From an uncultured Candidatus Saccharibacteria bacterium (lineage in GTDB: Bacteria; Patescibacteriota; Minisyncoccia; Phycocordibacterales; UBA12088): a stretch of DNA of 64,000 bases. Shown piece by piece: positions 1-10,369 of this stretch (position 1 is its first letter; each line of letters starts with the position of its first letter). Under the pieces are notes generated by a model. The model ran no database searches. It saw only the letters and a program-made list of their open reading frames with translations, and was not told the DNA's origin. The translations under genes and the position numbers were made by a program. Where the stretch lies: positions 104,227 to 168,226 of the forward strand of contig CAYPKR010000001.1 in NCBI GenBank assembly GCA_964411375.1, written 5' to 3'.

Positions 1-33
1 CATAGGAAAAGAGAGCGTGGTACAGTCGCCTCA

Positions 34-2625
34 ATGCTTTCACGTTTTGCAAATCTCATGAAACGAGCCCGGCACGCTCTGCCCCATGTGCTACACTATT
101 TCCGTACTATGCGGAAAAAAATCCGCCGCGAGCATGTCAAAACGCTTGTAGTTCTGGGAATCGCCGCTGTTTTCTTTGGAGGTGGCATCCTCTTTCTCTT
201 TGCCGCCACACTCACAACCCCAGACCTTGGCTCCTTTGATTCGCGTAAAGTTGCGCAATCAACGAAGATTTACGATCGAACTGGCAAAATCCTCCTCTAC
301 GATCTTCACGAGGATATGCAGCGAACGGAGGTTCCCTTCGAAGACATTTCTCCATACCTGAAACAAGCAACGCTTTCAATCGAAGATGAGGGCTTTTATA
401 GCCATGGCGGCATTCAGCCGACCGCCATTGTTCGCGCCGTGTTCCAAGATATTCTGATTGCCCTTCATCTCTCCGATGGCTATACGCAAGGAGGTTCGAC
501 AATCACTCAACAAGTAATTAAAAACTCCGTATTGGTGCGCGACCGAACAATCTCACGCAAACTCAAGGAATGGGTACTCGCAATAAAACTTGAGCAAAAG
601 TATTCGAAGGATCAAATTCTTGGATTTTATCTCAATGAATCCCCATACGGCGGGAGCTTATATGGTGTTGAGGAAGCATCACAGTCATTCTTCGGTACTT
701 CATCCAAAAATGTTGACCTTGCACAAGCGGCCTATATTGCTGCACTCCCTCAAGCACCAACCTACTACTCTCCGTATGGCAATCATCGCGATGCGTTGAA
801 CGCCCGCAAGAATGTCGTCCTCTCTCAAATGATGAAGCAGGGATATATCACCAAAGATCAGTACGAAGCTGCAAAAACAGAGAAGGTTGATTTTCTTCCA
901 CAACGTTCACAAGGAATACTCGCACCACACTTCGTCTTCTTCGTTCGCGAATATCTCGAGAAAAAATACGGACTTGATGCGATTGAAAACCAAGGGATGA
1001 AAGTCATCACTACGCTTGATTACGATCTCCAAGCAAAGGGAGAAAAGGTGGTTAAGGAATACGGAATTTCGAATCAAAAGAATTTCAATGCTTCGAATGC
1101 GGCGCTCGTTGCGATCGATCCAAAGACTGGACAAATTTTGACGATGGTGGGTTCCCGTGACTATTTCGATCAATCAATCGACGGCAATTACAACGTCGCG
1201 GTCCAAGGAAATCGCCAACCAGGCTCATCATTCAAGCCATTTATCTATGCGACTGCATTCACGAAGGGTTACACACCAGAAACTATCCTCTTCGATACCA
1301 AAACGCAGTTCTCAACAACCTGTAGCCCTGACAACATGACAAGCGATAACGGATGTTACTCGCCAAACAATTATGACGGGTTGTTCCGTGGTCCAATGCA
1401 ACTCCGCGACGCGCTCGCTCAGTCGATTAACGTACCTGCAGTAAAACTCTTTTATCTTGCGGGGCTTAAAAATTCGCTGAAGCTCGCGGAAAACATGGGA
1501 ATCACCACCCTTGGTCCAAGCAGTCAGTATGGTCTCACCCTCGTACTTGGAGGTGGCGAAGTCTCGCTCCTCGACATGACAAGTGCGTACGGCGTGTTTG
1601 CAAACGAAGGGATACGAAATCCGTACACGCCGATTCTTGAAATTGATGACGGGGACGGAACGGTGCTTGAAAAATATGAAGCTTCCCCGCGACAGGTGCT
1701 CGATCGAAACGTTGCTCTTACTATTTCCGACATTCTCTCGGATAACAACGCTCGCACACCAGCATACGGAGCAAATTCTCCACTCTACTTCCCTGGACTT
1801 TCCGTCGCCGCAAAAACCGGAACCACGAACGAATCGAGAGATGCGTGGATTATGGGATACACACCGCAGATTGCAGTCGGCGCATGGGCGGGAAACAACG
1901 ACAATAGCCCGATGGAAAAGAAAGTTGCTGGTCTCATTGTTGCACCACTATGGAGCGCGTTTATGAAAGAAGCGGTTCAGGATAATTACGCAACCGAATC
2001 ATTTGAAAAACCGCTTCCAAATGCAAATTATCAAAATCTAAAACCGGTATTTCGTGGATTCTGGCAGGGTGGACAGTCGATTGTCATCGATAAAACAACC
2101 GGCAAGCTCGCGACTGATATGACACCGCAAGAGCTTCGTCAAGAACAAATTATCCCAAATGTCCACGATATTCTCTATTGGGTGGACAAAGACAATCCGA
2201 TGGGACCGCCTCCAGCAAATCCGGCGAGTGATCCACAGTATGTGCGCTGGGAATACGGTGTACAAGCATGGAAAGCAGCAAATGGCGTGAGTGACGCTCC
2301 AATTAACGTTCCACAGAGTTACGACGATGTGCACACGAGCGGAAACGCACCAACGATAACTCTTCAGAGCCCAGCGCCAAATCAAACATTTGGCATGAAT
2401 GACACCATAATCATGCACGCAAATGGTTCGGGCGCATTTCCGATCTCAAAAATGAATTTCTACGCAAATGGTGCATTTATTGGATCTGCAACAAAAGCAC
2501 CGTATGTGTTCTCATTTACGCCAACTGACTTCAATTTGAGTGGTACCGTTACTTTGACGGCAACCGGCTACGATAGTGCGCTCAATAAGAGCTCAGCCGA
2601 CGTTTCAATAACTATTTCTAATTAG
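34..2625 (+). CDS. mrcA: Class A penicillin-binding protein 1A (transglycosylase + transpeptidase) with C-terminal Ig-like extension
   Basis: N-terminal TM anchor. Glycosyltransferase family 51 motifs (EDxxFxxHxG, GGST ITQQ). Transpeptidase SxxK-like and KTG motifs (AAKTGTT). 863 aa. Confidence 0.9.
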   Translation: MLSRFANLMKRARHALPHVLHYFRTMRKKIRREHVKTLVVLGIAAVFFGGGILFLFAATLTTPDLGSFDSRKVAQSTKIYDRTGKILLYDLHEDMQRTEVPFEDISPYLKQATLSIEDEGFYSHGGIQPTAIVRAVFQDILIALHLSDGYTQGGSTITQQVIKNSVLVRDRTISRKLKEWVLAIKLEQKYSKDQILGFYLNESPYGGSLYGVEEASQSFFGTSSKNVDLAQAAYIAALPQAPTYYSPYGNHRDALNARKNVVLSQMMKQGYITKDQYEAAKTEKVDFLPQRSQGILAPHFVFFVREYLEKKYGLDAIENQGMKVITTLDYDLQAKGEKVVKEYGISNQKNFNASNAALVAIDPKTGQILTMVGSRDYFDQSIDGNYNVAVQGNRQPGSSFKPFIYATAFTKGYTPETILFDTKTQFSTTCSPDNMTSDNGCYSPNNYDGLFRGPMQLRDALAQSINVPAVKLFYLAGLKNSLKLAENMGITTLGPSSQYGLTLVLGGGEVSLLDMTSAYGVFANEGIRNPYTPILEIDDGDGTVLEKYEASPRQVLDRNVALTISDILSDNNARTPAYGANSPLYFPGLSVAAKTGTTNESRDAWIMGYTPQIAVGAWAGNNDNSPMEKKVAGLIVAPLWSAFMKEAVQDNYATESFEKPLPNANYQNLKPVFRGFWQGGQSIVIDKTTGKLATDMTPQELRQEQIIPNVHDILYWVDKDNPMGPPPANPASDPQYVRWEYGVQAWKAANGVSDAPINVPQSYDDVHTSGNAPTITLQSPAPNQTFGMNDTIIMHANGSGAFPISKMNFYANGAFIGSATKAPYVFSFTPTDFNLSGTVTLTATGYDSALNKSSADVSITISN

Positions 2626-2888
2626 CGAATATCCGAGACCGGGTTCCTCGCACCATCTCCAAAAGAGTTACGGAGGTGACAAAGTATTTCCCCTTTCCGA
2701 AGCATAAGCTCACTTCGAAGTACCGATGGAACTTCGATATACGCACAATTACCCGTTAAACGGATTTGCGTACCCTGAATTGTGACACCAACCACATTTG
2801 AGATTGCTTCAATGATTGCTTTCTTCCTCGTCCCCTCGGGAGGTTCAAAACTAAATCGTTCAAGTAATGGTTGAATATTTTGGAACAT
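2622..2888 (-). CDS. DUF721/DciA-like small protein (commonly downstream of dnaN)
   Basis: 88 aa located immediately after dnaN on the same strand. Pattern of a short zinc-ribbon-like RNA/DNA-binding protein typical of the dnaA-dnaN-recF neighbourhood. Confidence 0.5.
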   Translation of the reverse strand: MFQNIQPLLERFSFEPPEGTRKKAIIEAISNVVGVTIQGTQIRLTGNCAYIEVPSVLRSELMLRKGEILCHLRNSFGDGARNPVSDIR

Positions 2889-2906
2889 ACTAATTAGATT
2901 ATACCG

Positions 2907-4007
2907 CTAGCGGTTCATTGGCATCACCAGATACAGGAAAGAATTATCAGAGATACTTCGAATAACCAACGGCTTTCCAAATCCCGAGAATGAAAGAGAG
3001 AGACTGTCCCCTGATATCGACTGGAGTGCGTCAGTTAAGTAGCGCATATTGAAACTGATTTCCAAATCATCCCCAGTAATGGCTGCATCTAAGGATTCTG
3101 TAATCTCCCCAACTTCCTCATTTTTGGCGAAAATGACCGCTTTTTTCTTTTTTGGTTGGATAGTAAATCGTATTTGATTGAATTTATCAGAGAAGATTCC
3201 TAACTTACGGAGGGCGTTTTGAAAATCTTCTCGAAGCAGGGTGATTTCGGTTGTGTGTGTTTTGGGAATAATTTGTCGATAGTCAGGAAACGTTCCTTGT
3301 ACCAAACGAGAAGTGAGGTAGGTATTAGGGAAGGAGATCGCAAGCTGGTGTTCAGTAACCGTAAGTGACACTTCTTCAGGAGCAGCTTCGAGTATATGGA
3401 TTATCTCAGGAATATTCTTTGATGGGATGAGGAGTGCAGGAATGGTTGTTTTATTTTTTAATGGAACGATTTTTTCCCCTAACCGAAACGAGTCTGTTGC
3501 CACACAAACAACATTGCCCCCTTCTTCATACACATACACACTCGCTAACTCTGGTTTTATAAGAGACGTAGACGCCGCATACCATACTGAACGAAGTCCT
3601 TTTAACAAATCTTCTTTCTTCACTACCAACGAATTTGTTTTTGGTAACTCTGGGAGTGTAGGAAATTCTTCTGGAGCAAACGTTTTCAACTTTGCTTCAG
3701 AGAGGCTGCCTGAAACCGAGAGTGTACCCCCTTTTATTTCGAGAGTGAGTGTATCTTTTCCTAAACCAGAGCGGAGTGTTTGAAAAAAAGTATGTGCTGA
3801 AACTACCACTACACCTTCTTTTTCGACTTTCGCTGGTATTTCAACTTCAACACCAAGTTCTAAATTAGTTGTACGAAAAATTATTGTATTTTTTACGGCC
3901 TCGATACGAATCCCCGCTAGAATTGGAAATGCCGGGTTCTTTCCTGCTACTCTCTCTGTCTGTCCTGCGTATTTTTCTACCTGCTCTCTCGGTACCTGCA
4001 CCTTCAT
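2907..4007 (-). CDS. dnaN: DNA polymerase III beta sliding clamp
   Basis: 366 aa with three-domain clamp-like repeats. Located immediately downstream of dnaA. Confidence 0.9.
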   Translation of the reverse strand: MKVQVPREQVEKYAGQTERVAGKNPAFPILAGIRIEAVKNTIIFRTTNLELGVEVEIPAKVEKEGVVVVSAHTFFQTLRSGLGKDTLTLEIKGGTLSVSGSLSEAKLKTFAPEEFPTLPELPKTNSLVVKKEDLLKGLRSVWYAASTSLIKPELASVYVYEEGGNVVCVATDSFRLGEKIVPLKNKTTIPALLIPSKNIPEIIHILEAAPEEVSLTVTEHQLAISFPNTYLTSRLVQGTFPDYRQIIPKTHTTEITLLREDFQNALRKLGIFSDKFNQIRFTIQPKKKKAVIFAKNEEVGEITESLDAAITGDDLEISFNMRYLTDALQSISGDSLSLSFSGFGKPLVIRSISDNSFLYLVMPMNR

Positions 4008-4127
4008 ATAAGAATTTTATTTTTTAATTTTTAAATCAAATCACTATATTATTATGGGTGTTGATAGGTGGAAAACTTTTTATACGGCGCACCATAACGA
4101 TATTTTCATTTTTATTTTCTAGAGTTC

Positions 4128-4136
4128 TGTGGATTA
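4128..4136. promoter_or_regulatory. DnaA-box-like 9-mer (TGTGGATTA, 1 mismatch) in the AT-rich dnaA-dnaN intergenic region
   Basis: Read directly. Region 4008-4227 is strongly AT-rich. Confidence 0.4.
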
Positions 4137-4227
4137 TGTCTCTTTTATTTTTGTGACTAAAAAATAATTTTTTGAATCATTATTTTTTCCACACACTACC
4201 CCACACTCTGTCCAAGTGATATCCCCA

Positions 4228-5601
4228 TCATTTCAACATCATGCGGATATGATTTATTTCTTGGAGCAAAATTGAATCGCTCAACACGTCGTTTTTAATT
4301 TTTTCACACGAGTGAATAACGGTTGTGTGATCACGTCCACCGAGTTTTTGTCCGATTGTGGGGTATGAGACACTAAAATCTTCGCGAAGAATATACATGA
4401 TGAGTTGGCGCGGCTTCACCACTTCTTTTTTTCGCGTCTTCTCATAGATTGACTGTTCATCGATGTTGTAAAATTCGGACACCTTCTTCACTACTTCCCG
4501 AATAGAAATAGTTTTCTTCGGTTTCGGGCCGTTTTTAATCAGTGTACGCACATCAGCAAGACTTGGCATGACACCTTTGAGATGTGCCTGGCAGATAACT
4601 GCATTCAGCGCTCCCTCGAGGTCGCGAATATTTCCCGCAACAGTATCTGCAATATATTCAATGATCTCGTCAGCAAGAATAAAGTTGTTATGTCGCGCTT
4701 TCGTTCGAAGAATCACAATTCGTGATTCTCGATCCGGCTCATTAATGTCGACAATCATTCCCTGCGAGAAGCGTGACTTCAAGCGCTCTTCCAGGTTTTG
4801 AATATAGTTTGGGTGTTTATCAGAAGAAAAAACAATTTGCTTATTGTTTTCGTAGAGCGCGTTAAAGAGATGGAACAATTCTTCCTGCGTCTTTTCTTTC
4901 TGTGAGAAAAATTGAATATCGTCCATGATCAAAACGTCATATTGACGATATTTTTCCTTAAATAGATTCATTGTGCCGGCTTGGAGCGCGCTCAAATAGT
5001 CCATCGCGTACTTTTCAGAGGTCACATAGTACACTTTCTTGCTCGGACTCATTTTTTTTACCTGATTTCCAATTGCTTGGATTAAGTGTGTTTTGCCGTA
5101 GCCGGTTGAGCCATAGAGAAAAAGTGGGTTATAGAGGATGCCGGGACGCGCAATGATCGCCTGCGACGCCGCATGCGCAAGTTCATTGAATGGTCCGACC
5201 ACAAATGAGTCAAAAATATAGCGTGGATTCAGGTTGTCGCTTCGATTGGAGTAGTGTTCCTCAAGCGGAAGTTCGCCTGGAATATATGGTGATCGAATAT
5301 CTTCCGCTTTTGCTTCGCGGTGCTTTTCGCTCTTGGAGACCATGAATTCCACACTGCGAACCGACTGCAGTGAGTCTCGAAGCGCCTTCAGAATCATCTT
5401 ATGGTACTTCTTAGACAGCCAATCTTTGACGAATTCAGATGGAACGCCAACAATAACCGCGCCATCTTCCCTCCGGATGATGTGTGTATCCCGGAACCAC
5501 ATTTTGAAATTTGCTTTCGATAAGGAGAGCTCCATTTGAACGAGCACGTTTTCCCATAATTGCTTGTTGGTGATCTGTTCCATAGGAGAATATTTCGACA
5601 T
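4228..5601 (-). CDS. dnaA: Chromosomal replication initiator DnaA
   Basis: AAA+ Walker A (GSTGYGKTHL), Walker B (DDIQF), sensor motifs and a C-terminal HTH DNA-binding domain. 457 aa. Confidence 0.95.
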   Translation of the reverse strand: MSKYSPMEQITNKQLWENVLVQMELSLSKANFKMWFRDTHIIRREDGAVIVGVPSEFVKDWLSKKYHKMILKALRDSLQSVRSVEFMVSKSEKHREAKAEDIRSPYIPGELPLEEHYSNRSDNLNPRYIFDSFVVGPFNELAHAASQAIIARPGILYNPLFLYGSTGYGKTHLIQAIGNQVKKMSPSKKVYYVTSEKYAMDYLSALQAGTMNLFKEKYRQYDVLIMDDIQFFSQKEKTQEELFHLFNALYENNKQIVFSSDKHPNYIQNLEERLKSRFSQGMIVDINEPDRESRIVILRTKARHNNFILADEIIEYIADTVAGNIRDLEGALNAVICQAHLKGVMPSLADVRTLIKNGPKPKKTISIREVVKKVSEFYNIDEQSIYEKTRKKEVVKPRQLIMYILREDFSVSYPTIGQKLGGRDHTTVIHSCEKIKNDVLSDSILLQEINHIRMMLK

Positions 5602-5659
5602 TATACCGGCTCTCTATAAATCCAGAACTTGCGGATACCGCCCCGGTATGTTAATAAAA

Positions 5660-5668
5660 TGTGGATAA
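5660..5668. promoter_or_regulatory. Perfect DnaA box (TTATCCACA on minus strand) in the dnaA-rpmH divergent intergenic region; candidate oriC/dnaA promoter element
   Basis: tgtggataa read directly at 5660-5668, between divergent dnaA and rpmH. Confidence 0.6.
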
Positions 5669-5695
5669 GTGCAAAAAGCACTAATCGATAATCTC

Positions 5696-5830
5696 ATGTC
5701 ATTTACGTACAAGCCAAAAAAGAAGAAGCGAAAGACTACGCACGGATTCCTCGTCCGCCAGAAGTCGGCAACCGGAAAAGCAACGATTCGCCGCCGTCGC
5801 GCAAAGGGACGCGCAAGACTCGCAGTTTAA
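5696..5830 (+). CDS. rpmH: 50S ribosomal protein L34 (not in the supplied ORF track because <60 aa)
   Basis: Hand translation gives [44 protein letters not shown]. This is the classic L34 sequence and the classic position upstream of rnpA. Confidence 0.9.
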   Translation: MSFTYKPKKKKRKTTHGFLVRQKSATGKATIRRRRAKGRARLAV

Positions 5831-5834
5831 TCTC

Positions 5835-6173
5835 ATGCTTCGAAGGAAGCACAAAGTAGAACGTTCGGCATTCCCCGTAACTCTTAAGCAGGGGCGCCGC
5901 TTCGGACTGGCACACACCTCCCTTACCCTCCACCGAGGAGGTGAAGGGCGCCGCCTCTCTTTCGTTGTCTCAAAGGCAGTTGCTCCCAAGGCACACGACC
6001 GAAATAGGTTAAAACGTCTCGGGAATACGGTTGCCGAGTCAGTTATTGACTTCAGTAAGCTGGATCCCTGGAGAGCGGTCTGTTTTTTCAAAAAAGGGGC
6101 CATAAACCTACCCCCCCAACTCCTTCGCCTTGAGCTTTTGGAACTATTTAGAACTGCAAAGCTCATCGATTAA
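5835..6173 (+). CDS. rnpA: Ribonuclease P protein component
   Basis: 112 aa, basic, with an RNR-like motif (KAVAPKAHDRNRLKR). Conserved rpmH-rnpA-yidC order. Confidence 0.85.
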   Translation: MLRRKHKVERSAFPVTLKQGRRFGLAHTSLTLHRGGEGRRLSFVVSKAVAPKAHDRNRLKRLGNTVAESVIDFSKLDPWRAVCFFKKGAINLPPQLLRLELLELFRTAKLID

Positions 6174-6214
6174 TGCCAATTCCCTTTCTGCTCTCGCCAA
6201 GGTAGAATGACGCA

Positions 6215-6952
6215 ATGCTCGCGAGCATCTTTGGCGCCATTTTCTACAATCCACTCTATAACTTCCTCATTCTTCTTATCGGAATCGTGCCGGGGGGAGA
6301 TGTGGGGCTTGCCGTCATTTTGCTCACGTTGGCGGTCAAAATAGTGCTGTTTCCGATCATTCTGCGCGGCATGCGAACTCAAGCAATGCTCCGTCTGATT
6401 GACCCAAAACTCAAAGCAATCAAAGAAAAGTTTCCCAAAAGCCGCAATGAGCAGGCAAAAGCGACCCTCGCACTCTATAAGGAATACAAAATTAATCCTT
6501 TTTCTGCGCTTTTGCCGCTTCTTATCCAGACACCCTTCCTCCTCGCCCTCTTTTTCATCTTTGCAAAAGGCGGACTTCCTTCCATTCGGCTCGATGTCCT
6601 CTATTCGTTCATCCACGCTCCCGCTGTGGTTAGCATGCATCTCTTCGGGCTCGTCAACGTAGGCGCAAAAAGTATCATTTTTGCAATTATCGCTGGTGCG
6701 ACACAGTTCCTCTATGGTGTCTTCTCCCTCCCTAAGCTTGAAGCGCGGAAGGAGAATGCTTCATTTTCAGATGATTTCGGACGGAGTCTTCAGATGAATA
6801 TGCGCTATATTTTGCCGGCCATTATTGCAGTGTTTGCATACAATTTGCCTGCGGCAGTTGCGATTTACTGGATCACCGGTAATATCTTTGGAACACTTCA
6901 AGAAATATATGTCCGAAGCGAGTTTAAGAAGCACCCACCGGCTATAACCTAA
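6215..6952 (+). CDS. yidC: YidC/Oxa1-family membrane protein insertase (short form)
   Basis: 245 aa polytopic membrane protein after rnpA. Short YidC forms are typical of monoderm and CPR lineages. Confidence 0.8.
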   Translation: MLASIFGAIFYNPLYNFLILLIGIVPGGDVGLAVILLTLAVKIVLFPIILRGMRTQAMLRLIDPKLKAIKEKFPKSRNEQAKATLALYKEYKINPFSALLPLLIQTPFLLALFFIFAKGGLPSIRLDVLYSFIHAPAVVSMHLFGLVNVGAKSIIFAIIAGATQFLYGVFSLPKLEARKENASFSDDFGRSLQMNMRYILPAIIAVFAYNLPAAVAIYWITGNIFGTLQEIYVRSEFKKHPPAIT

Positions 6953-6962
6953 TCAACCCTGT

Positions 6963-7427
6963 ATGCAACAATCCGAGGTCATTTCAATGATTACCGCCCT
7001 CCTCGATCGCCTCGGAGTCCCATACGACTCGGTAGTGTTTGATGACTCTCTTCCCCATGCGCTCTATGTTGTGTCTTCTCCAGAATCAGCGCTTCTGATT
7101 GGACCCCAAGGAGCGCATCTCGATGCACTTAATCACTTGATTCGTCGGCATATTGAGCAACGCTTTAGCGAGAGTGATGCACGGACCGTTTCAATCGACG
7201 TCAACGGATTCCGTAAACGAAAGATTGAGGAAATCCAGAACAAAGCTCGCATGGTAGCGGAGCGGGTACGCCTCTTTAAATCAAATGTAGAGCTCTCTCC
7301 GATGAGCGCATACGAGCGAATGATCATTCACGCGCTTTTCGCTGAAGATCCAGATGTCATGACGGTGTCGGAAGGTGAAGGAAAATTCCGCCGTATAATC
7401 ATCAAGTCAAGAACAACCGGTCTCTAG
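6963..7427 (+). CDS. jag: Jag/KhpB-like RNA-binding protein (KH + R3H domains)
   Basis: 154 aa with a C-terminal R3H-like segment. Conserved position after yidC. Confidence 0.75.
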   Translation: MQQSEVISMITALLDRLGVPYDSVVFDDSLPHALYVVSSPESALLIGPQGAHLDALNHLIRRHIEQRFSESDARTVSIDVNGFRKRKIEEIQNKARMVAERVRLFKSNVELSPMSAYERMIIHALFAEDPDVMTVSEGEGKFRRIIIKSRTTGL

Positions 7428-7437
7428 GACCGGTTTA

Positions 7438-8742
7438 CTACTGCACAGGAGTCGATGTTCCTGTTGGGATAGGAGTTTCGGACGACACCGGAGGTGTCGG
7501 CAGACGGTATCCAAAGAGTAATCCGTCTTTTTTGTTTCGGAACAACAAGTATTTTTCATCTGCCGAAAGAGACGGCTCTACGCCATCAATATCTGTTCGT
7601 GTTTCAACAATCGGTATTGAGAGGAGCGTCATAAATCCTGAACTCACGTCAATTTTCCAAAGGTTGTCCGAGAAAAATAACTCTCCTCGATACCAACTAC
7701 TCTCTTGATCTGACGTAGGGATAGTACGCGGTACGAAACAGTACAGTATGGTTGGCTGTAATTTGCTCCACGCACACTTTTTGGGCAAGGTGACGAATGC
7801 GAGTACGCGAGTCTGTAAATCAGCGCGGTTGAAGACCGCTGTTGCAAGCCTATGGTCAGAAGGATCGTTTGGTGACTTCATTTCAGTGTAAAGGATTTTT
7901 CCTCCCGTTGTATCTACCCTGGTCGTTAAATCCATACCCTGAAGTACTTGTGTTGTTCGTCCAGTTCCCGCATCAACAAAGAAGAGTACCCCGGTCGCAG
8001 AGCGATCTGGTTTGGTTGTTATTGCAATGGTGGTTGCTGTCGGCCACTCGACGAGAAGTTCTGAGAAGGGTGAAGAAAATAGAACTGAGCGTTGATGCGT
8101 AATATTGTCGGTAATAATGCCTGAACTTCCTCCAGGAGTTTTAAATAGAGAAAATACAGCTCCCCCGTCATTCCGGAGTGCTGCCCCTGTCGAATCATCA
8201 TCGATAAAGAATCCAGTCACGGTACCAGAAAGACCGTCTGGATCGGTATTTTTCCCAAACGTGCCGTAGAATGAACGCACTCGCGTACTATTTTCACTCA
8301 AATATTGAAAGAGAATGTTATTTCCCGCCCATACTGCTTTTCCTACTCGAGGAATTGTTACGTTTGAAACCACTGTCGGATGTACTGACTCAAGACCGGT
8401 TTCAAATACGTGCCCGGTTGAGCGATCGACATATCGAGCGAAATCAACTCCAGCGCTTGGAAAGGAAGTAAATGCAACGACTGGTGCATCTGAAATCTGA
8501 AATAGGGCCGCATGCTCTGTTTCCGGCGCAGTTCCTGCTGTTGCGCCTCCCTGATTCGTTCCTCCCACGATAGGACGTCCATTTCCTCCATTATTTCCAA
8601 ACGGAGAACCGTCCGGCGTCGTTGTCGCGGTATCACCAGTATTTTTCCCGCCAAAGAAGTTAAGGATTAAGAGAAGTAGAATAAGAACTCCAAGAATACC
8701 GAGAACGATAAGTACTTTTTTGTTTGAGAAAAAGCGCATCAT
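7438..8742 (-). CDS. Membrane-anchored extracytoplasmic protein (N-terminal TM, Gly/Thr-rich linker, possible beta-propeller-like body)
   Basis: TM helix VLIVLGILGVLILLLLIL at the N-terminus. Last gene of the T4SS-like minus-strand operon. Confidence 0.5.
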   Translation of the reverse strand: MMRFFSNKKVLIVLGILGVLILLLLILNFFGGKNTGDTATTTPDGSPFGNNGGNGRPIVGGTNQGGATAGTAPETEHAALFQISDAPVVAFTSFPSAGVDFARYVDRSTGHVFETGLESVHPTVVSNVTIPRVGKAVWAGNNILFQYLSENSTRVRSFYGTFGKNTDPDGLSGTVTGFFIDDDSTGAALRNDGGAVFSLFKTPGGSSGIITDNITHQRSVLFSSPFSELLVEWPTATTIAITTKPDRSATGVLFFVDAGTGRTTQVLQGMDLTTRVDTTGGKILYTEMKSPNDPSDHRLATAVFNRADLQTRVLAFVTLPKKCAWSKLQPTILYCFVPRTIPTSDQESSWYRGELFFSDNLWKIDVSSGFMTLLSIPIVETRTDIDGVEPSLSADEKYLLFRNKKDGLLFGYRLPTPPVSSETPIPTGTSTPVQ

Positions 8743-9233
8743 ATATAGCAGACCATGTTAAGTATTTGCCCACCGCGGTTCAGGCATTCTTGCTGGAGCC
8801 TAAATATCTCATCAACGCTCGCGTCTGCTGGAATTTCAAAAATGGGAACACCACTGACTCCTCCAGGAAGTGTACTGACTGCGGTTGGCAACAGTATGTC
8901 GAGTTTAAGCAAGTCGGGATTGATAGTGTTCAAAATAAGGTATGACCCCAAGATAATGCCAAGCCCCCAGAGCGCATTCGTCATTCGAGCCCTCCCTTTA
9001 GAGATCGAACTCATTTTGTCGGAAAGCATGTACTCCGCTCCACCAACGGCAATCATGATGACGCCAAGAATTGCCGCAAAGCCGATGGTGACCAAAAATA
9101 GATTACGAAGTAAATCCGGAAGAGGTGCCGTCGAAGAGAGTTCAGTCAAACCCGGAATATTCGTAAGCGACACAAACTTCGGCGCTTGTGCGTAGGCAGT
9201 TGGAATCAAGAATGAGATGAGCTCGTGTAGCAT
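8739..9233 (-). CDS. VirB2/TrbC-like pilin candidate
   Basis: Signal peptide (..PTAYAQA|PK). Two hydrophobic helices separated by a short charged loop (SDKMSSISKGRARMTN). This is the VirB2/TrbC topology, in a cluster with VirB4/VirB3/VirB6-like genes. Confidence 0.4.
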   Translation of the reverse strand: MLHELISFLIPTAYAQAPKFVSLTNIPGLTELSSTAPLPDLLRNLFLVTIGFAAILGVIMIAVGGAEYMLSDKMSSISKGRARMTNALWGLGIILGSYLILNTINPDLLKLDILLPTAVSTLPGGVSGVPIFEIPADASVDEIFRLQQECLNRGGQILNMVCYI

Positions 9234-9236
9234 GGA

Positions 9237-10328
9237 TTATTGTTCGGGAGTCGAGATAACACTAATTGCCTGTCTCGCTGACTGCATATATTGCGTTTTA
9301 TTCCTGACTCGCACATCGATATTTGCTGCAGCCTTTGCGTTTGTTGCGCCTCGGAGCACTATCGCGCTTCCCGTATTTGAAAGGTCTTTACTCTCGGTTC
9401 CATTAATGAGCCATGAGTATTGGAGATCATCAGCACTCCGCCTTGCCGCAGTAAAGTAAAATGGTTCGGCAATAATCTGCACTTCTTCCCCGTGAAGCGT
9501 CGTGGTGACTGGAAGTGCAGTGTCATACCGGATTCCCATGAGTGGATGGTCTTCATAAAATACTATTTTTGGCTGAACCACATCCAAACTGAGCTTACCC
9601 GTTCCACCTATACGTGAATCCTTCGGATCCGTAACCGTAACCGTTATATCAAGCGGACCAATCAGGTTTTTGTTTGTCACCGTCACCGTCTGCCTCCCTA
9701 TCCCAGAAAGAGCAGTCATCACCTTATTGCCTTGGCGCCAGGTATACATGAAAGCGCTTGGAGGAATTTGATCCTCGCCAGAAATGCTAATCGAAGGAAG
9801 TGCTGTCAAACGGATTTTTGAACCAGCAGTTTGGAGTGCTTTACCTTCAAAAAATGGCGGCGTGTAGGTGTCAGACTCCCAAATGAGTTCAACAGTTCCG
9901 GGAGTAAGAGGATATCCTGCACTGTATTCCCTTCCCGTTGTTTCTCTTGCTCGCGCAAGGATATACATCGTGTCTCCTGCACGTGGAGCTACCAAAGAGA
10001 GCGTTGTTTGACCAGCTCCACGAGCAACCACATCCCCGTTTAGTGACCATTCGATCGAATCATTCGGCAAATCTGTTTCAAATCCACTGATACGTGCAAT
10101 CACTTTTTCTCCCGGTCTAGGGTATGGGGGAATAAGTTCAATCTTCAAAGCAATTTGAGGATCGGTAAACGCAGTCATTGTATGGTTGGAAAAACTATTG
10201 AGGGGGGTAAGATCCATACTCTCCATATTGTCGCCAGAAAATGGATTACTTGATTGTGCATGGAGACGTGAAGCACCAATCACCATACAAAAAATGATAG
10301 CGAAAGAAAGGAGAGCATTCCTATTCAT
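9237..10328 (-). CDS. Secreted protein with tandem Ig-like/beta-sandwich domains
   Basis: Signal peptide MNRNALLSFAIIFCMVIGASRLHAQ. Repeated beta-rich modules. Lies within the T4SS-like operon. Confidence 0.5.
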   Translation of the reverse strand: MNRNALLSFAIIFCMVIGASRLHAQSSNPFSGDNMESMDLTPLNSFSNHTMTAFTDPQIALKIELIPPYPRPGEKVIARISGFETDLPNDSIEWSLNGDVVARGAGQTTLSLVAPRAGDTMYILARARETTGREYSAGYPLTPGTVELIWESDTYTPPFFEGKALQTAGSKIRLTALPSISISGEDQIPPSAFMYTWRQGNKVMTALSGIGRQTVTVTNKNLIGPLDITVTVTDPKDSRIGGTGKLSLDVVQPKIVFYEDHPLMGIRYDTALPVTTTLHGEEVQIIAEPFYFTAARRSADDLQYSWLINGTESKDLSNTGSAIVLRGATNAKAAANIDVRVRNKTQYMQSARQAISVISTPEQ

Positions 10329-10369
10329 TGCACCTTATTGTACCGCATAGTCTTTGAACGCGAAGCGCT

